DNA of 64,000 nt from positions 17,732,001 through 17,796,000 of the forward strand of contig OZ024747.1 of NCBI GenBank assembly GCA_964016885.1, read 5' to 3'. Below are positions 1 to 13,318 of this stretch, piece after piece. Each line of letters starts with the position of its first letter. The first letter of the stretch is position 1. Made by a program: the position numbers and the translations under genes. Source of the DNA: Eledone cirrhosa. Taxonomy: Eukaryota. The notes under the pieces were generated by a model. It ran no database searches, was not told the DNA's origin, and worked only from the letters and a program-made list of their open reading frames with translations.

Positions 1-109
1 GTAAGACCCCGACAGCTGAGCTCAAGCCGTTTCGACGGCTAATTCTGGACTAATGTCCAGAATTAGCCGTCGAAACGGCTTGAGCTCAGCTGTCGGGGTC
101 TTACTGGTT

Positions 110-111
<2 letters not shown>
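1..111. mobile_element. TA-embedded palindromic element, family A (cut by window start)
   Basis: Perfect 50-bp inverted repeat (1-50 / 55-104, loop TAAT) followed by TTCC-(TA)n; same sequence recurs at 978, 14371, 30319, 39816, 58057 and 59802. Confidence 0.8.
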
Positions 112-144
<33 letters not shown>

Positions 145-344
145 ACCAAAGCATTTCCAATTTACCTACTTGTCAAAGCATCATTCATTAAATTATATTT
201 ACTCTCATGTAAATCAGCGTAACTCGATCTATATAGCAGCCAGATTTACTCAAAACGCCTCAGAAATTTATATTACGAAACAACACGTTTGTATATGTTC
301 TATATATACGAAAATACACCATACATATATTTCCAGCGGCACAC

Positions 345-394
<50 letters not shown>

Positions 395-888
395 GATTAT
401 ATCCGTATTTGTGGTTACATATACACAAATATACTTGCCCTCATATATGTACTTACGCACACATTTTCACCATACACACGCATTTGTACATACATATGTA
501 CATTTGTGAGTGTATATACATACATATACACACAGCTAACTATATTTCCTTATATTTTTTTATATATTTATATGTCTATTGCATTACCTTTATTTATATA
601 TATATATTTTTTTTTTTTTGCATTTCTTGAGGAGACTTTCCAAATTTTTCACTATGTTTTATATTGCCTTGTCCGACGAACGAATGAGGACGTTTCTTTC
701 GTATTCGTCTTATTCGGGAAACCTCTGGTAATGAGGTAATTATATTGTATTGTTTACTATACATTAAATTTTGCTCTGGTACTTACATAGAGCACTCTTC
801 ACTCCTATGACTTTTTCAATTCCAACGGAAACTTCAATACATATATATATATATATATACATATGTGTGTATATATATATATATGTGT

Positions 889-956
<68 letters not shown>

Positions 957-977
957 CATATATATATATATATATAT

Positions 978-1221
978 AACAAAGAACGTGTGGTAAGATA
1001 CCAGGTGGACCATAATGCACCAGAGTACTCGCAGAGTACTCGATACTTAGGGTAGTAGAGTGGGTAATAGGAAAAGAGTCAGGACCCCGATGGCTGAGCT
1101 CCGTTTCGACGGCTAGATCTGAACTAAGCCGCCAGTATTAGTACGGCGGGAATCTAGCTGAACACATCAAGGGGTACAGTCCATTTATGGGCATTCAGCC
1201 ATCGGGTTCCTGACTCTTTTC
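978..1221. mobile_element. Family A palindromic element, diverged copy
   Basis: GTGGTAAGATACCAGGTGGACCATAA...GGGTAGTAGAGTGGGTAATAGGAAAA long arm and a short inverted arm; (TA)n on both sides. Confidence 0.75.
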
Positions 1222-1326
1222 ATATATATATATATATATATATGAAATGTATGCATATTCTTGTGTTACGTCGATGTTTGACTTTGGCATGTCAAATAGT
1301 TTTTCATTGCTCAAATTTATCCAAGA

Positions 1327-2249
1327 CTAGCATTAAAGCCCGGCGTTGCTCGGGGTCATTAAGTTACCAAAGTTAGGTTGCACCACCCATTTTATGGCAC
1401 CATTTTTTTGTCTGCCGGGCACTGGGTGAATGAATTGCAGACCTGGAAGCATGAGCTGCGCCAGCAGTGACAATTGTAGTTTCGCCTATGGATATTATCT
1501 CTGTGCAAAAAAGTGTTGAAATTTATTGTTTCACAGTACTTGCGCAACACGCGCGTAGACGATGCCAGCCGAACAACAGAGCTGCGATGGAGTTGTTCTG
1601 TTGGGTTGTCTGTGTGTTTTCTAAATTTAAGACAGTAGGGAGGGTTGTGATATGAGGGAGAGTTAGCTGTTGTTTCTAGCAGGTTTAGTGACCTCATAGA
1701 GGATATGTGTTTTCTAAATTTAAGACAGTAAGGAGTGGTGTGATATGGGGGAGAGTTAGCTGCTATTTCTAGCAGGTTTAGTGACCTCATAGAAGATATG
1801 TTTTCTAAATTTAAGACAGTAGGGAGGGGTGTGATATGGGGGAGAGTTAGTTGCTGTTTCTAGCAGGTTTAGTAACCTCATAGAGGATATGTGTTTTCTA
1901 AATTTAAGACAGTAGGGAGTGGTGTGAACGGACAGTATCACCATCAAGCTTGGAAAGAGAAAGTAGCAGAAAGTATGAAGTTGTATAGATTTTGAATGGT
2001 AGCAGAAAGAGTTTAGCAGTTTAAATGAGAGAGAAAAATCGTAAAATATTGAGTTTTATCTATTTTTTGCGTAATTGTGGGTGAAATTGAAAAAATTATC
2101 TGCGTCAAGACGCAATCGAAGCTTTTTCGAATACTGAATTGTAAATTTCAATTGAAGAAATTCTATATCGTAGATTTCTATAACGAAGGAGCATGACCAC
2201 ACACTGAGCTTTATAGATTATGATATAAGATATAGTTGATATAGATAGA
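1327..2249 (-). mobile_element. Non-autonomous Helitron-like element with internal minisatellite
   Basis: Minus-strand 3' end CCCGAGCAACGCCGGG hairpin + CTAG at 1327-1355, the same terminus as 3352-3380; TCTAT-rich 5' end near 2240 (boundary approximate). Confidence 0.6.
1610..1926. repeat. ~61-bp tandem repeat, ~5 copies
   Basis: Unit TGTGTTTTCTAAATTTAAGACAGTAGGGAG...GTTTCTAGCAGGTTTAGTGACCTCATAGAGGATA repeated. Confidence 0.9.
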
Positions 2250-2622
2250 GTGATAAGCTTTAGTCATTTTCTGAAATGTTAAATATAGTTCATATTTATT
2301 TATCACAATAAGTTTAGAAGCTGAAGACATATTATTGCACTTAGTAACTTTGATGAAAAGCTGTCGTCATTTCGGTTTTGTTTCTTTGCTGCGCTAAACA
2401 TCTTTACGTATAAAAAGAAAAATATACTTCAATTATATCCGCATCACGGAGTGCCAAGTAAGAAACAAATATTAATAACATGAATGTCTTGTGAATTCAG
2501 AGCTTACAGCACCTACATACTGCTATACTTATTAAATGTCATGACGTTTTCACCTATAAAATACATTACAACGACGTAGACAACATCGAAGTCAAAAGTC
2601 TGAAACTACTTCGCTTTTACTT

Positions 2623-2664
<42 letters not shown>

Positions 2665-2997
2665 TGTATGTATAGTATATTTGGCAATATACCGTATGTT
2701 TAATTAAAAACATTTAGAAGACCATACGCTATCAGCTTTAAAGAAGTGACTATGTCGCTTACTTCTTTTCGACGAAAGCAGGGAGAGAAGCTGACAGTCT
2801 GTTTCACGCTGGCTGGCGTTCATCAGAGCCACGCACTTCCCTGCTTCCGTCGGAAATTATATAAGCTGGATTCTTATAGAATTCCAGTAATATATATATA
2901 TATATATTTAGTATATGTTGGTTGTTTACCGACACCTCAGTATGCAGATTGGAGCACTCGATGAAGTACGCAGGTTGGTTTGGTTACTCCGGAGTAA

Positions 2998-3380
2998 TCT
3001 TTATATATATAAAAGCGAGGATGTGTGTGTGTCTGTGTACAAATTTGGATACCTAAGGCTTTTACAATTACCAACCGAATTTGACCAACTTTTTTCTGTG
3101 CACGTTGCTCAGGTCGCTAAGATGGTCACATCACAAAAATTTTCCAATCGACCCACGTTGAGCAATAAAAAAATCGATATCAAAATTATCGGTAGCAAAA
3201 TTGATGTAAGGGAGATAACCAACTTTATTGACAATCCTTATTTAAAAAAGGGAGATAACTAACTTTATTGACAATCCTTATAAAGACAGGTTGGGGACAA
3301 ATAATGTTCTTCTTTTACTTCCTAGCTGTATATTCTTAGCATAATTTCAAACCCCGAGCAACGCCGGGTAAATCTGCTAG
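2998..3380 (+). mobile_element. Non-autonomous Helitron
   Basis: Starts TCTTTATATATATAAAA after an A, ends with CCCGAGCAACGCCGGG hairpin and CTAG before a T (A|T insertion, no TSD). Confidence 0.75.
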
Positions 3381-3837
3381 TGTAAAATAAAGTAATTAAG
3401 TCAAATATTTATGATTTGGCTTTGTTTATTATTGGTTGTTATTTCTCTGAGGGACTGGAATCATATGAATTCGAACAAACGAATTTCGGCTTCATAGGAC
3501 ATTCTCTCCTCCCATTGGTCAGTTGTGAGAACATTCCTCAGTCAAAATTCTATAGAAATTTTTTTCCTGAGGCAAGACAATCTGTTGTGGTTGTTTTTGT
3601 TAAGTACAGCTTGTGTTTATTGGTGTTAGGGGGTCAGCTGGCAGGTCAGCCTTAGTTCTCCTGCTGCTGTCTTTAGAAGAATGAGTGTGTGTAGGTTGGC
3701 ACCAATCCCACCACCCTTTCGCGTGGTGGTGGTGGGAGCTGGTGGGGGGTGCCAAACAGATAATGGAATCAGATAAGGTAAAATGAAGAAATAAAATATA
3801 ACAGGACCAAGACGGAAGAAATAAAATATAAAAAGAC

Positions 3838-6380
3838 CAAGGACCAAGACGGACGCGTGATACGTGAGCCGAAGCAGATGTGCGGCCTTTCAGCGGCACT
3901 TTGCTCAGCTGTTCGGGCAGAGCGGCGCACCGGGGGGGGGGGGGCTATGGATTTCGGTCCATACCTCGACGGCCTACTGCGACTCTCGGACAGCGAGAAG
4001 AAATTCTGCGAAAAGCCGATTTCAGCCGCTGAGATAGGGGACACGCTGAGCCAATGCAGCAAACGCAAATCTCCAGATCTCGACGGTCAACCCTACGAAT
4101 TTTACGTAGCAATGCCGGACTTATTCTCCGGTCTCCTGGAAGCGGTCTACTGCATCTGGCAACAGAACGGGAGAATTCCCAGTTCTGTAACCGGGGGCGT
4201 AGTCACGATGGTCAGGAAGGACGAGAATAAGGGGGATGACATAGGCAACTCTGCTAAACACAGAGTTACAGATTTTGGTCAAGGTGTTGGCAAAGAGGCT
4301 GGCGCTTGTCGTCGAAAACCTGGTGGGAGAAGCGCAGACATGCGCAATCCCAACTAGGTCCATACACGACAACCTCCACCTCATGCGATACATCATAGAG
4401 AGGGTAGAGTGTAAACCCGGCTTCGGTGGGGCCCTGATCAACTTGGATCAGTCTAAGGCTTTCGATAGGATTGACCATCGTTACCTGGATGCGGTGCTCG
4501 AGGCGGCAGGCTTCGGACCCGTGTTCAGGGGCTGGATTGCTGCAATGCACAACAGCAACATCTGCTCAAGGGTCAAGGTGAACGGCTACCTCTCGGAGCC
4601 GTTCCATATTACGCGATCCATTCGACAGGGATGCTCCTCTCTCCTCCCTTCTGTACGTACTGGCTCTCGAACCACTACTGCAGAAGTTGGAGCTATTGCA
4701 GGGCATCCCTCTGGAACCGGGACTGCGGAAAGCGGCGTCGGCCTACGCCGACGACGTGGTAGTAATGGTGTCGAGTGCCTCGCAAATAGAGGAAGTCGAC
4801 ACCTTACTGAAGGAATACGAAAGTTTCACAGAAGCGAAGCTGAACCGGGACAAGTCCATCGGTTTGCAACTCGGATCGTGGAGAGGCAAACCGATGCCTT
4901 CCGATGGCGTCGTCGGACGCTGGACGGAAGGACCGGTAAAGCTGCTCGGGGTCTGGTTTGGTCCGGACCTCCAGGTGGAGAAGAACTGGAACAAAGTCAC
5001 GGCCAACGGTGTTTGCACTCACCCAGAAGTAGGCCGAGTGCAAACTATCCTTGAAAGGTCGAGCGGAGGTGGCGAACACTTTTATAGCGTCCGCCATCTA
5101 CTACCGCTTGACCGTCGTGCCTTGTCCAGCCAAAACGCTCACCAAAATAGAGCGCGCGCTCTTCCAATTCCTTTGGAAGAGGCGGGCTCCTTTGGTGAGA
5201 AGATCCATCTGCTGCCAACACCCTTCTAACGGAGGGCTGGGGATGCCGTGGTTGACGATGCGCAAACACGCGCTCAGGCTGCGGCATCTCTACGTATTCC
5301 TCACCGGACAACCGGTGTGGGCCCCGTTCGTGAGGCGAGCCTTCCCACAACTCGTCTCGCTGACCGAGCTGCAGTCCTGGGTCAAGCAAAGACCAAGGAA
5401 AATGGGCGACTGGCACATCGAATGTGCTCAGGCGCTCACAGCCCTCTGGGAGGCGGACCCGGCGATCAGTGGAGACTCCACTTCTTCATTCTATAGAGGG
5501 TTGATCCGCAGCAAGTGCGACGACGCGCTCGGTGAAACTCTAGGCGTAGAGGAAGACGAACTGGCCAGCCTGTTCGGTAGGACCTTCCGCCCGGGACCGA
5601 TGGACAACTTCCAAAAGTCCCTGGCCTGGCAGTGCTACCGAGGAGCTCTACTAGTTCGAGACAAGCTCTACAGACATGGGCGCCCGGGCAGGGACCTTGC
5701 AAAAAAGATCTGTCCGAGGTGCGTGCGAGACGAAGAAACCGTCGCGCACGCATTCATACACTGCCCGGGCGTTACCGACCTGTGGGGCTATGTAGAACGA
5801 CTATTGCCGCGGGTGGGACCAATCCGGTTGACCACCGAGTCCATTGTCATGATCAAACCGCCACCCTCCTTCAAAAACGAAGGAGAGGCGGTTTTCCTTT
5901 GTGTGATAGCTATGGCGAAAGAGGTTGTATGGTGGACAAGGTTGAAAGGGCTTAGATCAGACACCTTTCTCTCCGGCCAACAACTGATTCTTTGTTTCAA
6001 ATACCACTTTGGAAGAAGAATCAGGATGGAGAGAGAGGTGCTGTACCCCAGCAAGTTTTATGAAAGGTGGGTGAAAGTGGCGAGAATGGCCCGAGTGAAT
6101 GGGCCTTCTCTCTATATCAGCCTGTAGGTTGAGGAAAAGAGGAGGAGGGGAGGAAAGGAGTACAAACTCTTCGTACACCTGGAGATGAGGGTTGCACATT
6201 TTTTCGGGGGTATGTGTTACCCATATGAACTGTCTCCCCTATTGGGGAAAATCGACGAATTTTATAAATTGTATTTGTGATAATATTTTACACGTTTTTA
6301 TTGTATGTAAACTTCCCCCTTTGTATTTGTCCCCTTCTTTTGTGCCCCCTGTGGCTAATAAAGAAACATATCTATCTATC
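3838..6380 (+). mobile_element. 5'-truncated L1/Tx1-like non-LTR retrotransposon; ORF2 (RT + C-terminal zinc finger) frameshifted
   Basis: Overlapping ORFs 3857-4357, 4275-5054, 4687-5229 and 5051-6127 give KSPDLDG, LDQSKAFDRI, IRQGC, YADD, KLLGV and CPRC..ETVAHAFIHC; 3' AATAAA + (TATC)n tail. Confidence 0.9.
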
Positions 6381-7261
6381 TGCTTGTGTGTCTATCGTCT
6401 TGTCTAGTCAAACAACTAGCCTGCACCAATAACTGGTATGGGGAAGACGGACATCATCAGGATGCAGCTATCCTATGTGACTCTTAATCTTTACTTTCTG
6501 TACGTTCACTATTATATAAGAAGATATTATCTCGGATTGTGCTGTTCACGTTATATTTTTCAAATAGCATCGCTTTCATACGATGACGTGTTGAAAACGT
6601 CACTCAGAGTATCCTCGAAGGCATGCCCGCTAACGAGAGCTTCTATGTAGTCATTCAATCTGTTAGAAATTACAACGAAATCTCCTTCAAATCTCACTGC
6701 TGCAGACTTAAAGGGGAAGGATACACAGTGACTAGTATAACAGTATGTGTTCCTGAAATACCTCATTTATCACAGATAGAATGCTTTTGATCACAGGACT
6801 CTCTGCCTTTGACATGTGCAGAGGCGATTGATCTGCAGCTAAACAACATCAACGACACCATCAGGAGGAGGAGGAAGAGCTGGAGGAGTAGGAGGAGGAG
6901 CTGGGGGAGAAGGAGGGGGAGGAACCATAGCTGCAATAGAACATTGAAAGACGAATCTTGATTTGTATTGTGATGCATAAAATGTTTGTAATATACAGTT
7001 TCTGATAAATCCACTGTGCTTTTTCCACTTTCAGAAATAATATTTTCTTGGCCTGGGACCAGGCTTTTTGGAATAGAAGGGCAGTACTTGATTGACACTT
7101 ATTCTATCAAACCTCATTGGATGAAATGAAACGTGGAACCCGGTGAGATTTCAATTCAGAACATAAATGGGGCTAACTAGTGACGTCACCTTCCTTTTCT
7201 CTGGTTTTCTATAGATTCTTCCAAACATTCAAAGCTTCTGCTTTAAACTATTATTGCATTA

Positions 7262-7694
7262 TGTGGTAGTTGTTGTTGCTGCTGTTGTTGTTGTTGTTGT
7301 TGTAGGTGGTGGTGGTGGTTTTGTAGTTGTTGGTGTTGTTGTTGTAGTTGGTGGTGTTGTTGTTGGCGTTGTTGTAGTTGTTGGTGGTGTTGTTATTGGG
7401 GGTGTTGTAGTTGTTGGTGGTGATGTTAGTGTTGTTGTTGTTGGTGGTGGTGTTATGTTGCTTTTGTAGTTGTTGTTGTTGTAATTGTTGGCGTTTTTGT
7501 TGTATTTGTTGGTGTTGTTGTTGGTGGTGGTGTTGTAGTTGGTGGTGGTGTTGTTAATGTTGTTGTTGTTGGTAATGTTGTTGTTGTTGGTGGTGGTGTT
7601 GTTAGTTTTGTAGTTGTTGTTGGTGGTGGTGGTGGTGGTGGTGGTGTTGTTAATGTTGTTGTTGTTGCTGATGGTGTTGTTGTTGGTGGTGGTG

Positions 7695-7726
<32 letters not shown>

Positions 7727-7914
7727 GGTGGTGGTGGTGGTGGTGGTGGTGGTGGTGTTAATGTTGTTGTTGCTGATGGTGTTGTTGTAGTTGTTGGTGT
7801 TGTAGTTGCTGGTGTTGTTGTTGGTGTTGTTGTTGCTGTTGTTGTAATTGTTAATGGTGTTGTTGTTGTTGGTGGTGGTGGTGTTGTTGTAGTTGTTGGT
7901 GGTGGTGGTGGTGG

Positions 7915-7947
<33 letters not shown>

Positions 7948-8300
7948 AATTGTTAATGGTGTTGTTGTAGTTGTTGTTGGTGGTGGTGTTGTTGGTGTTG
8001 GTGGTGGTGGTGTTGTAGTTGTTGTTGGTGATGGTGGTGTTGTTGGTGTTGTTGTTGCTGTTGTTGTTGTAATTGTTAATGGTGTTGTTGGTGGTGGTGG
8101 TGTTGGTATTGTTGTTCTTCTTCTTGCTCTTGATGTGGTTCTGATTGCTGTTGATGTGGTTGATGTCGTTATTGCGGTAGTTTGCGTTGTTACTGATATT
8201 ATTCTTGTTCTTCCTGTTATTGATAATATTGCTGTTGTTGTTGCTGATGTTGTTGTTGTTGCTGTTGCTGCTGCTGCTGCTGCTGCTGCTGTTGTTGTTG
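7262..8300. repeat. (GTT/GGT)n low-complexity trinucleotide array
   Basis: About 1 kb of mixed GTT/GGT/GCT triplets. Confidence 0.95.
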
Positions 8301-8379
8301 TATCTAACATCGACATATGGCTAAGGAAACAAGAAAAGAGGCTTAGCCGATCATATCAAGCTCAGTGCATGATTTGAAT

Positions 8380-9070
8380 TTTAGTTTATCGACTCTGTGT
8401 TTAGAAAAAGCAAAGTTGAGCTCGCGAGATTTGAACTCAGAATATACGGATCAGATGCTGCAAAGGCATTTTGCTCTACGTTCGAACGATTCTGTCTGTT
8501 AATCCATTTAATAAATTATTTCTACTGTTGGCACAAGGCCAGCAATTATCCCAGTGCATTACTGGTACTTTATTTTATCGACCCCGTAAGGATGAAAGGC
8601 AAAGTTAACCTCGGTGGGATTTGAACTCAAACCGTATAGCGCCGTAGTTTAAATTTCGCCGAGATCATTTAATTAATGATTTCTAATTTAGACACAAGGC
8701 CAGCAACTTTGTGGTCAGATTTGAGTCGATTAAATTCACACCTCGTTCTTTATTTTATCGACCTCAGAAGGATGAAAGGCAATGTTGACCACGGCCGGAT
8801 TTGAACTCAGAGAATGTAACAAAATACCATAAAGCATTTGAACTCTAACAATTCTGCCAATGCACCACTCTAATTCATTTAGTAATAATTGTTTCTACTT
8901 TTGGCACATGGCCAGCAATTAAACCAGTGTATTACTGGTACTTTATTTTATCGACCCCGTAAGGTTGAAAGGCAAAGTTAACTTCGGCGGGATTTGAACT
9001 CAGACTGTAAAGGGACGTAACCCTATGCTACAAAGCATGGTGTCAGACCCTCTACCGATACTGCCAATCT
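8380..9070 (-). mobile_element. Cluster of tRNA-derived SINE copies (family C)
   Basis: Repeated GGCACAAGGCCAGCAA..GGTACTTTATTTTATCGACCCCGTAAGGATGAAAGGCAAAGTTAACCTCGG..GATTTGAAC; reverse complement has a Pol III B-box GTTCAAATC. Confidence 0.85.
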
Positions 9071-9294
9071 AATGATACAAATACATCACCGTATGTAAAC
9101 ATACGGTGATGTATTTGGCGATTAGTGAGAGTGACTGATTGATGTTGCTGACCCACGGTAGTTCTTAATAACTGCATTGTTTCTTTCTGGGGACCATGTT
9201 GAAAAATAAAACTCATTTGGTCATTCCATGAGAGTATCTTGGTCAACCTATGAACTTTTCAGCCGAACCTCGTAATCTTACCCACCTATATAAC

Positions 9295-10670
9295 TTTCCC
9301 TACTTCAATATCTAATTAATTCTACCTTAGAATTTGAATAAGATTACCTCAGTATTTAATTCATCCTATCCAAATATTAAATCCTACCTCAGTATTTGAC
9401 AACACCTACCTCAGTACTGTTTTATTAAACCTACCAGACATTTGATTAGACATACCCCTCACTTTAATTAAACATCTTGCACTTATTATTTAAACCTGCC
9501 CGAGTATTAAATTAGACCTACCCCGGTATCATTATTCAACCTACACAAATATCTAATTAACCGTAACTCAATGATTGATTTCCTCTAGTAGTTAATTAGT
9601 TTTGCCTTCTATTTAATTAAATCTATACCAGTATTTAATTAAATCTACCGATTATTTAATTAGCTAAAGCCTTCTCTAGCCCGGAGACACATTAGGCCGG
9701 TGCTTATCCCGGTTTCCTTCGCCTTAACTAACCGAAAGTAGAAGATCCCCACCCCTACTGGACAGGACACTAGTCCATCACAAGATTAAGCTCACATCTA
9801 CTGCTGCTGGTACTCATTTTCAGATGAGTATTCTAGAGCAACGTGAGATTAAGTGTTATGCACAAGAATACAATGCCAATCCTGTTCAGGAATCTAACCC
9901 ACAACATTATGATCATAAGTCCAACACCCTACCCATATAAACCAACAATATTTAATTAATTTAATTATATTTAACCCAGTAATTAATTAAACTTAGCCCT
10001 TATTCAATTAACCGTGCCCAGTATTTTTTTCAAATTTACCCCAATATTTAATTAAATCTACCCATCATTTAATTAGCCTGCACTATAATTTTAATAATCT
10101 AACCTGTCCTATTATTAGTGAAGGCACTTGACTTGGTAGTTAGAGCAGTGGGCTTGCAATCAGGAGGCTGTGTGTTCGATTCTCCGACCAAGTGATGCGC
10201 CGTGTCCTTTATTTCGCGTTGCTCCAGTTTACTCAGTTGTAGAAATTACGTCATTGGTGCCAAGCTGTATCGACCATTGCCTTTCACGTGGACAACATCG
10301 GTGATGTGGATATGGAAGACTGGTATACATGGGCAACTGCTGGTATTCCACAAACAACCTTGCCCGGACTTTCTCGGTGTAAATACGATGGTGATTTGTG
10401 ACTGAAGGGGGTTTTTTACCCTAAATATAAATAATTATACCCTGTATTAAATTACATTTACCGAAATCTTTAATTAAATCCACTCAGTTTTTAGATTTAC
10501 CCATCAATTTAATTAACGTACCCCTCTATCTAATTAAATCTACCTCATTAAACCCAGCCCGATATATAATTCAACTACCTCAATGTTTAATGAAATCTAC
10601 TCTTCTATTTAATTAAATCTACCTTGTGTTTCACTAAACCTCAGTATTTTATTAATGTAGCCGTGTATTT
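9295..10670. repeat. Degenerate ~22-bp minisatellite (CTACCTCAGTATTTAATTAAA-like) interrupted by SINEs
   Basis: Many decayed units; SINE-like inserts at about 9670-9945 and 10120-10422. Confidence 0.6.
10119..10422 (+). mobile_element. tRNA-derived CORE-like SINE (family B)
   Basis: A-box TGG..TAGTTAG, B-box GTTCGATTC, TTTATTTC.CGTTGCTCCAGTTTACTCAG; homologous to 59350-59668. Confidence 0.7.
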
Positions 10671-11590
10671 GGTTTTATGTGACCCGAGTATTTGACCCGG
10701 TGTAATTTAATTTGTCAACATTTGAAAAAGATGAAAGTAAAAGTTACTCCCGGTGGGATTTCAATTTAGAAACATAAAAGGGGAAATAATTAACTACTGC
10801 CTGGCATATTGTCCAGTGATCTACCGATCCTACCAACCACCCATACTAACACCATCACCACCATCATCACTGCCTTACTGTCGTTACAGTAATAATAATA
10901 AATGTTCTCAATAACGATGTTGAAAGTCTATGATTTCATTATTGTTCGTAGATTAACAGTGACAAGCATTAATGTGATTAACTGTGTTGGTAATAATAGT
11001 AATCTTTATTGGCAACATCCATAAAAGCTACGGAATCTGATGATACATTTCAGCACTATTTCCTGTTGTCCACATTATGTACACTGTGTAGCATCATAAT
11101 GTCAACATGAAAAGAACTGGTCTATCAGTAACAATAACAGTTGAAGAAAGAGTGGGGCGACATTTTCAGTTATTTCCAATTACACTCGATATAGTTTTAT
11201 GGCTATTATTCCGCTAATAACCATAAAACTATAGCGAATGTCATCGCAAACAACTGAAATATTTATTACACCAATATTGATGTTAATATTTTATATTCAT
11301 GCCAAAAATAGCCTCTCTTTGCTTTTGGGGTTAAATCAACCAAACTAGTTCGATGTTTATAACTACGGACGATATGAAAGCCCGTTTAAACTAAGTCAGT
11401 AGGGGGAATCATTTAATAATAGGAATGAGATATAACAACCACAGCTATGCTGACATATACGTTTGAAAAGAATTGTTACAAGAACCGAATTGTTACAAGA
11501 ACTCGAATATTCCACTATATTCACCATCTCTCATTTCTATTTACTACATCGCGTCTTCATCAGCTTTTCTCCTACCGTCTTGATATGTAT

Positions 11591-11770
11591 CATGTTTAAT
11601 ATACGGGCTTCTACGGGACTAGAACTGTTTCATTCAAAAGAAATCATCAAGAATCCCTGAAACAGTTCTAGCCCTGTATAAGTCACTTCTATATTAAACA
11701 TGAAGTTTACACTCTACTAATGTATTGAGTTCCTTACTAACTGTGGTTACCCCCGATTGAACCCGGGACT
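11591..11770. mobile_element. Palindromic Penelope-like remnant (family D)
   Basis: Inverted arms CATGTTTAATATA..CTAGAACTGTTTCA / TGAAACAGTTCTAG..TATATTAAACATG plus tail; related copy at 44901-45041. Confidence 0.6.
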
Positions 11771-11905
11771 CATATATTTACATATATATATATATGAGTT
11801 GGGCCCCAACTCATTCAGCCTGTCATGAGATTTTTCTCACGACAGGGTGAATAAGTTGGAGCCTATAATTCAACGAAAATTGAGTACCGCTTTATGACAC
11901 TGTCG

Positions 11906-11986
<81 letters not shown>

Positions 11987-11992
<6 letters not shown>

Positions 11993-12959
11993 GGATTTAA
12001 ATGGATACAGTTTAGTTAAAAGGAATTTATTGACACGTGTTTCTATAACAGTTACATAACCTGAAAACAGCTGCTATCTACAAAGTATTAGTTATGTAGA
12101 CATTCAATATTTCAATGTTATTATCAACTGCCATTTCATCAGAATAATTTTACTGAGGACCTGTTTGGTTTTTATAGAGAATATTAGGAGGGAGGGTGAA
12201 GTTGTTAGAAGAATAGTTGAGGGAGTGGTTTTTTGATAGCAGTAAGAATTTTTGGTGCCAGTGAGTAATTAGATTCCCATCTGTTGCTTTGACATTTTTA
12301 TAGAATATATTATTGGTTATTTTTCTAAATCTATAGAAGGATTAGAGATAGTATAGATATGCATGGTTGGTTTTGTGTTTGCACTTAATTAACATTCAGA
12401 CTTAAATTTTTCTTTCAAGTGTACGTATCCTTTCGCCCACGCATTCACACGCAAACATATATGCACACCTCCATGCATATCTATACTATCTCTAATCCTT
12501 CTATAGATTTAGAAAAATAACCAATAATATATTCTATAAAAATGTCAAAGCAACAGATGGGAATCTAATTACTCACTGCCACCAAAAATTCTTACTGCTA
12601 TCAAAAAACCACTCCCTCAACTATTCTTCTAACAACTTCACCCCTCCCTCCTAATATTCTCTATAAAAACCAAACAGGTCCTCAGTAAAATTATTCTGAT
12701 GAAATGGCAGTTGATAATAACATTGAAATATTGAATGTCTGCATAACTAATACTTTGTAGATAGCAGCTGTTTTCAGGTTATGTAACTGTTATAGAAACA
12801 CGTGTCAATAAATTCCTTTTAACTAAACTGTATCCATTTAAATCCTTCTATTTTTCTCCGGATTACTTTTGGAACTACAACTGGAACCGTCGAGCAAACT
12901 CTACGTGAGCTGTCCATCTACTGTGTGTAATATTTATATTACAACACTACGGAAAATAC

Positions 12960-12960
<1 letters not shown>
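11987..12960 (-). mobile_element. Penelope-like 3' remnant with ~380-bp inverted pLTR
   Basis: Near-perfect inverted repeat 11987-12366 / 12471-12851; the loop encodes KSE..LIKCKHK on the minus strand (1-nt frameshift), like the KSEAISACKHK C-terminus of the intact element; (TA)n flanks. Confidence 0.75.
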
Positions 12961-13020
<60 letters not shown>

Positions 13021-13026
<6 letters not shown>

Positions 13027-13115
13027 ATAATAATAAATTTGAAGACTAAAATCCAAAGAGGGCTCGATAAGGATAAATATATATCAAATATATAAGAACC
13101 GTAGAGCAAATATTT
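13021..13115. mobile_element. Tail fragment of the Naiad/Penelope family seen at 53927-57922
   Basis: Near-identical to 57084-57178; in (TA)n. Confidence 0.85.
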
Positions 13116-13123
13116 ATATATAT

Positions 13124-13270
<147 letters not shown>

Positions 13271-13287
13271 TAAGAACCGTAGAGCAA

Positions 13288-13318
<31 letters not shown>

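Noticed and set aside
6763-7098. 111-aa ORF with a Leu-rich segment
   Set aside because: The start lies in a degraded SINE and the Leu run derives from a GGA repeat
7453-8316. 287-aa Thr/Pro-rich ORF
   Set aside because: Reverse translation of the GTT/GGT array
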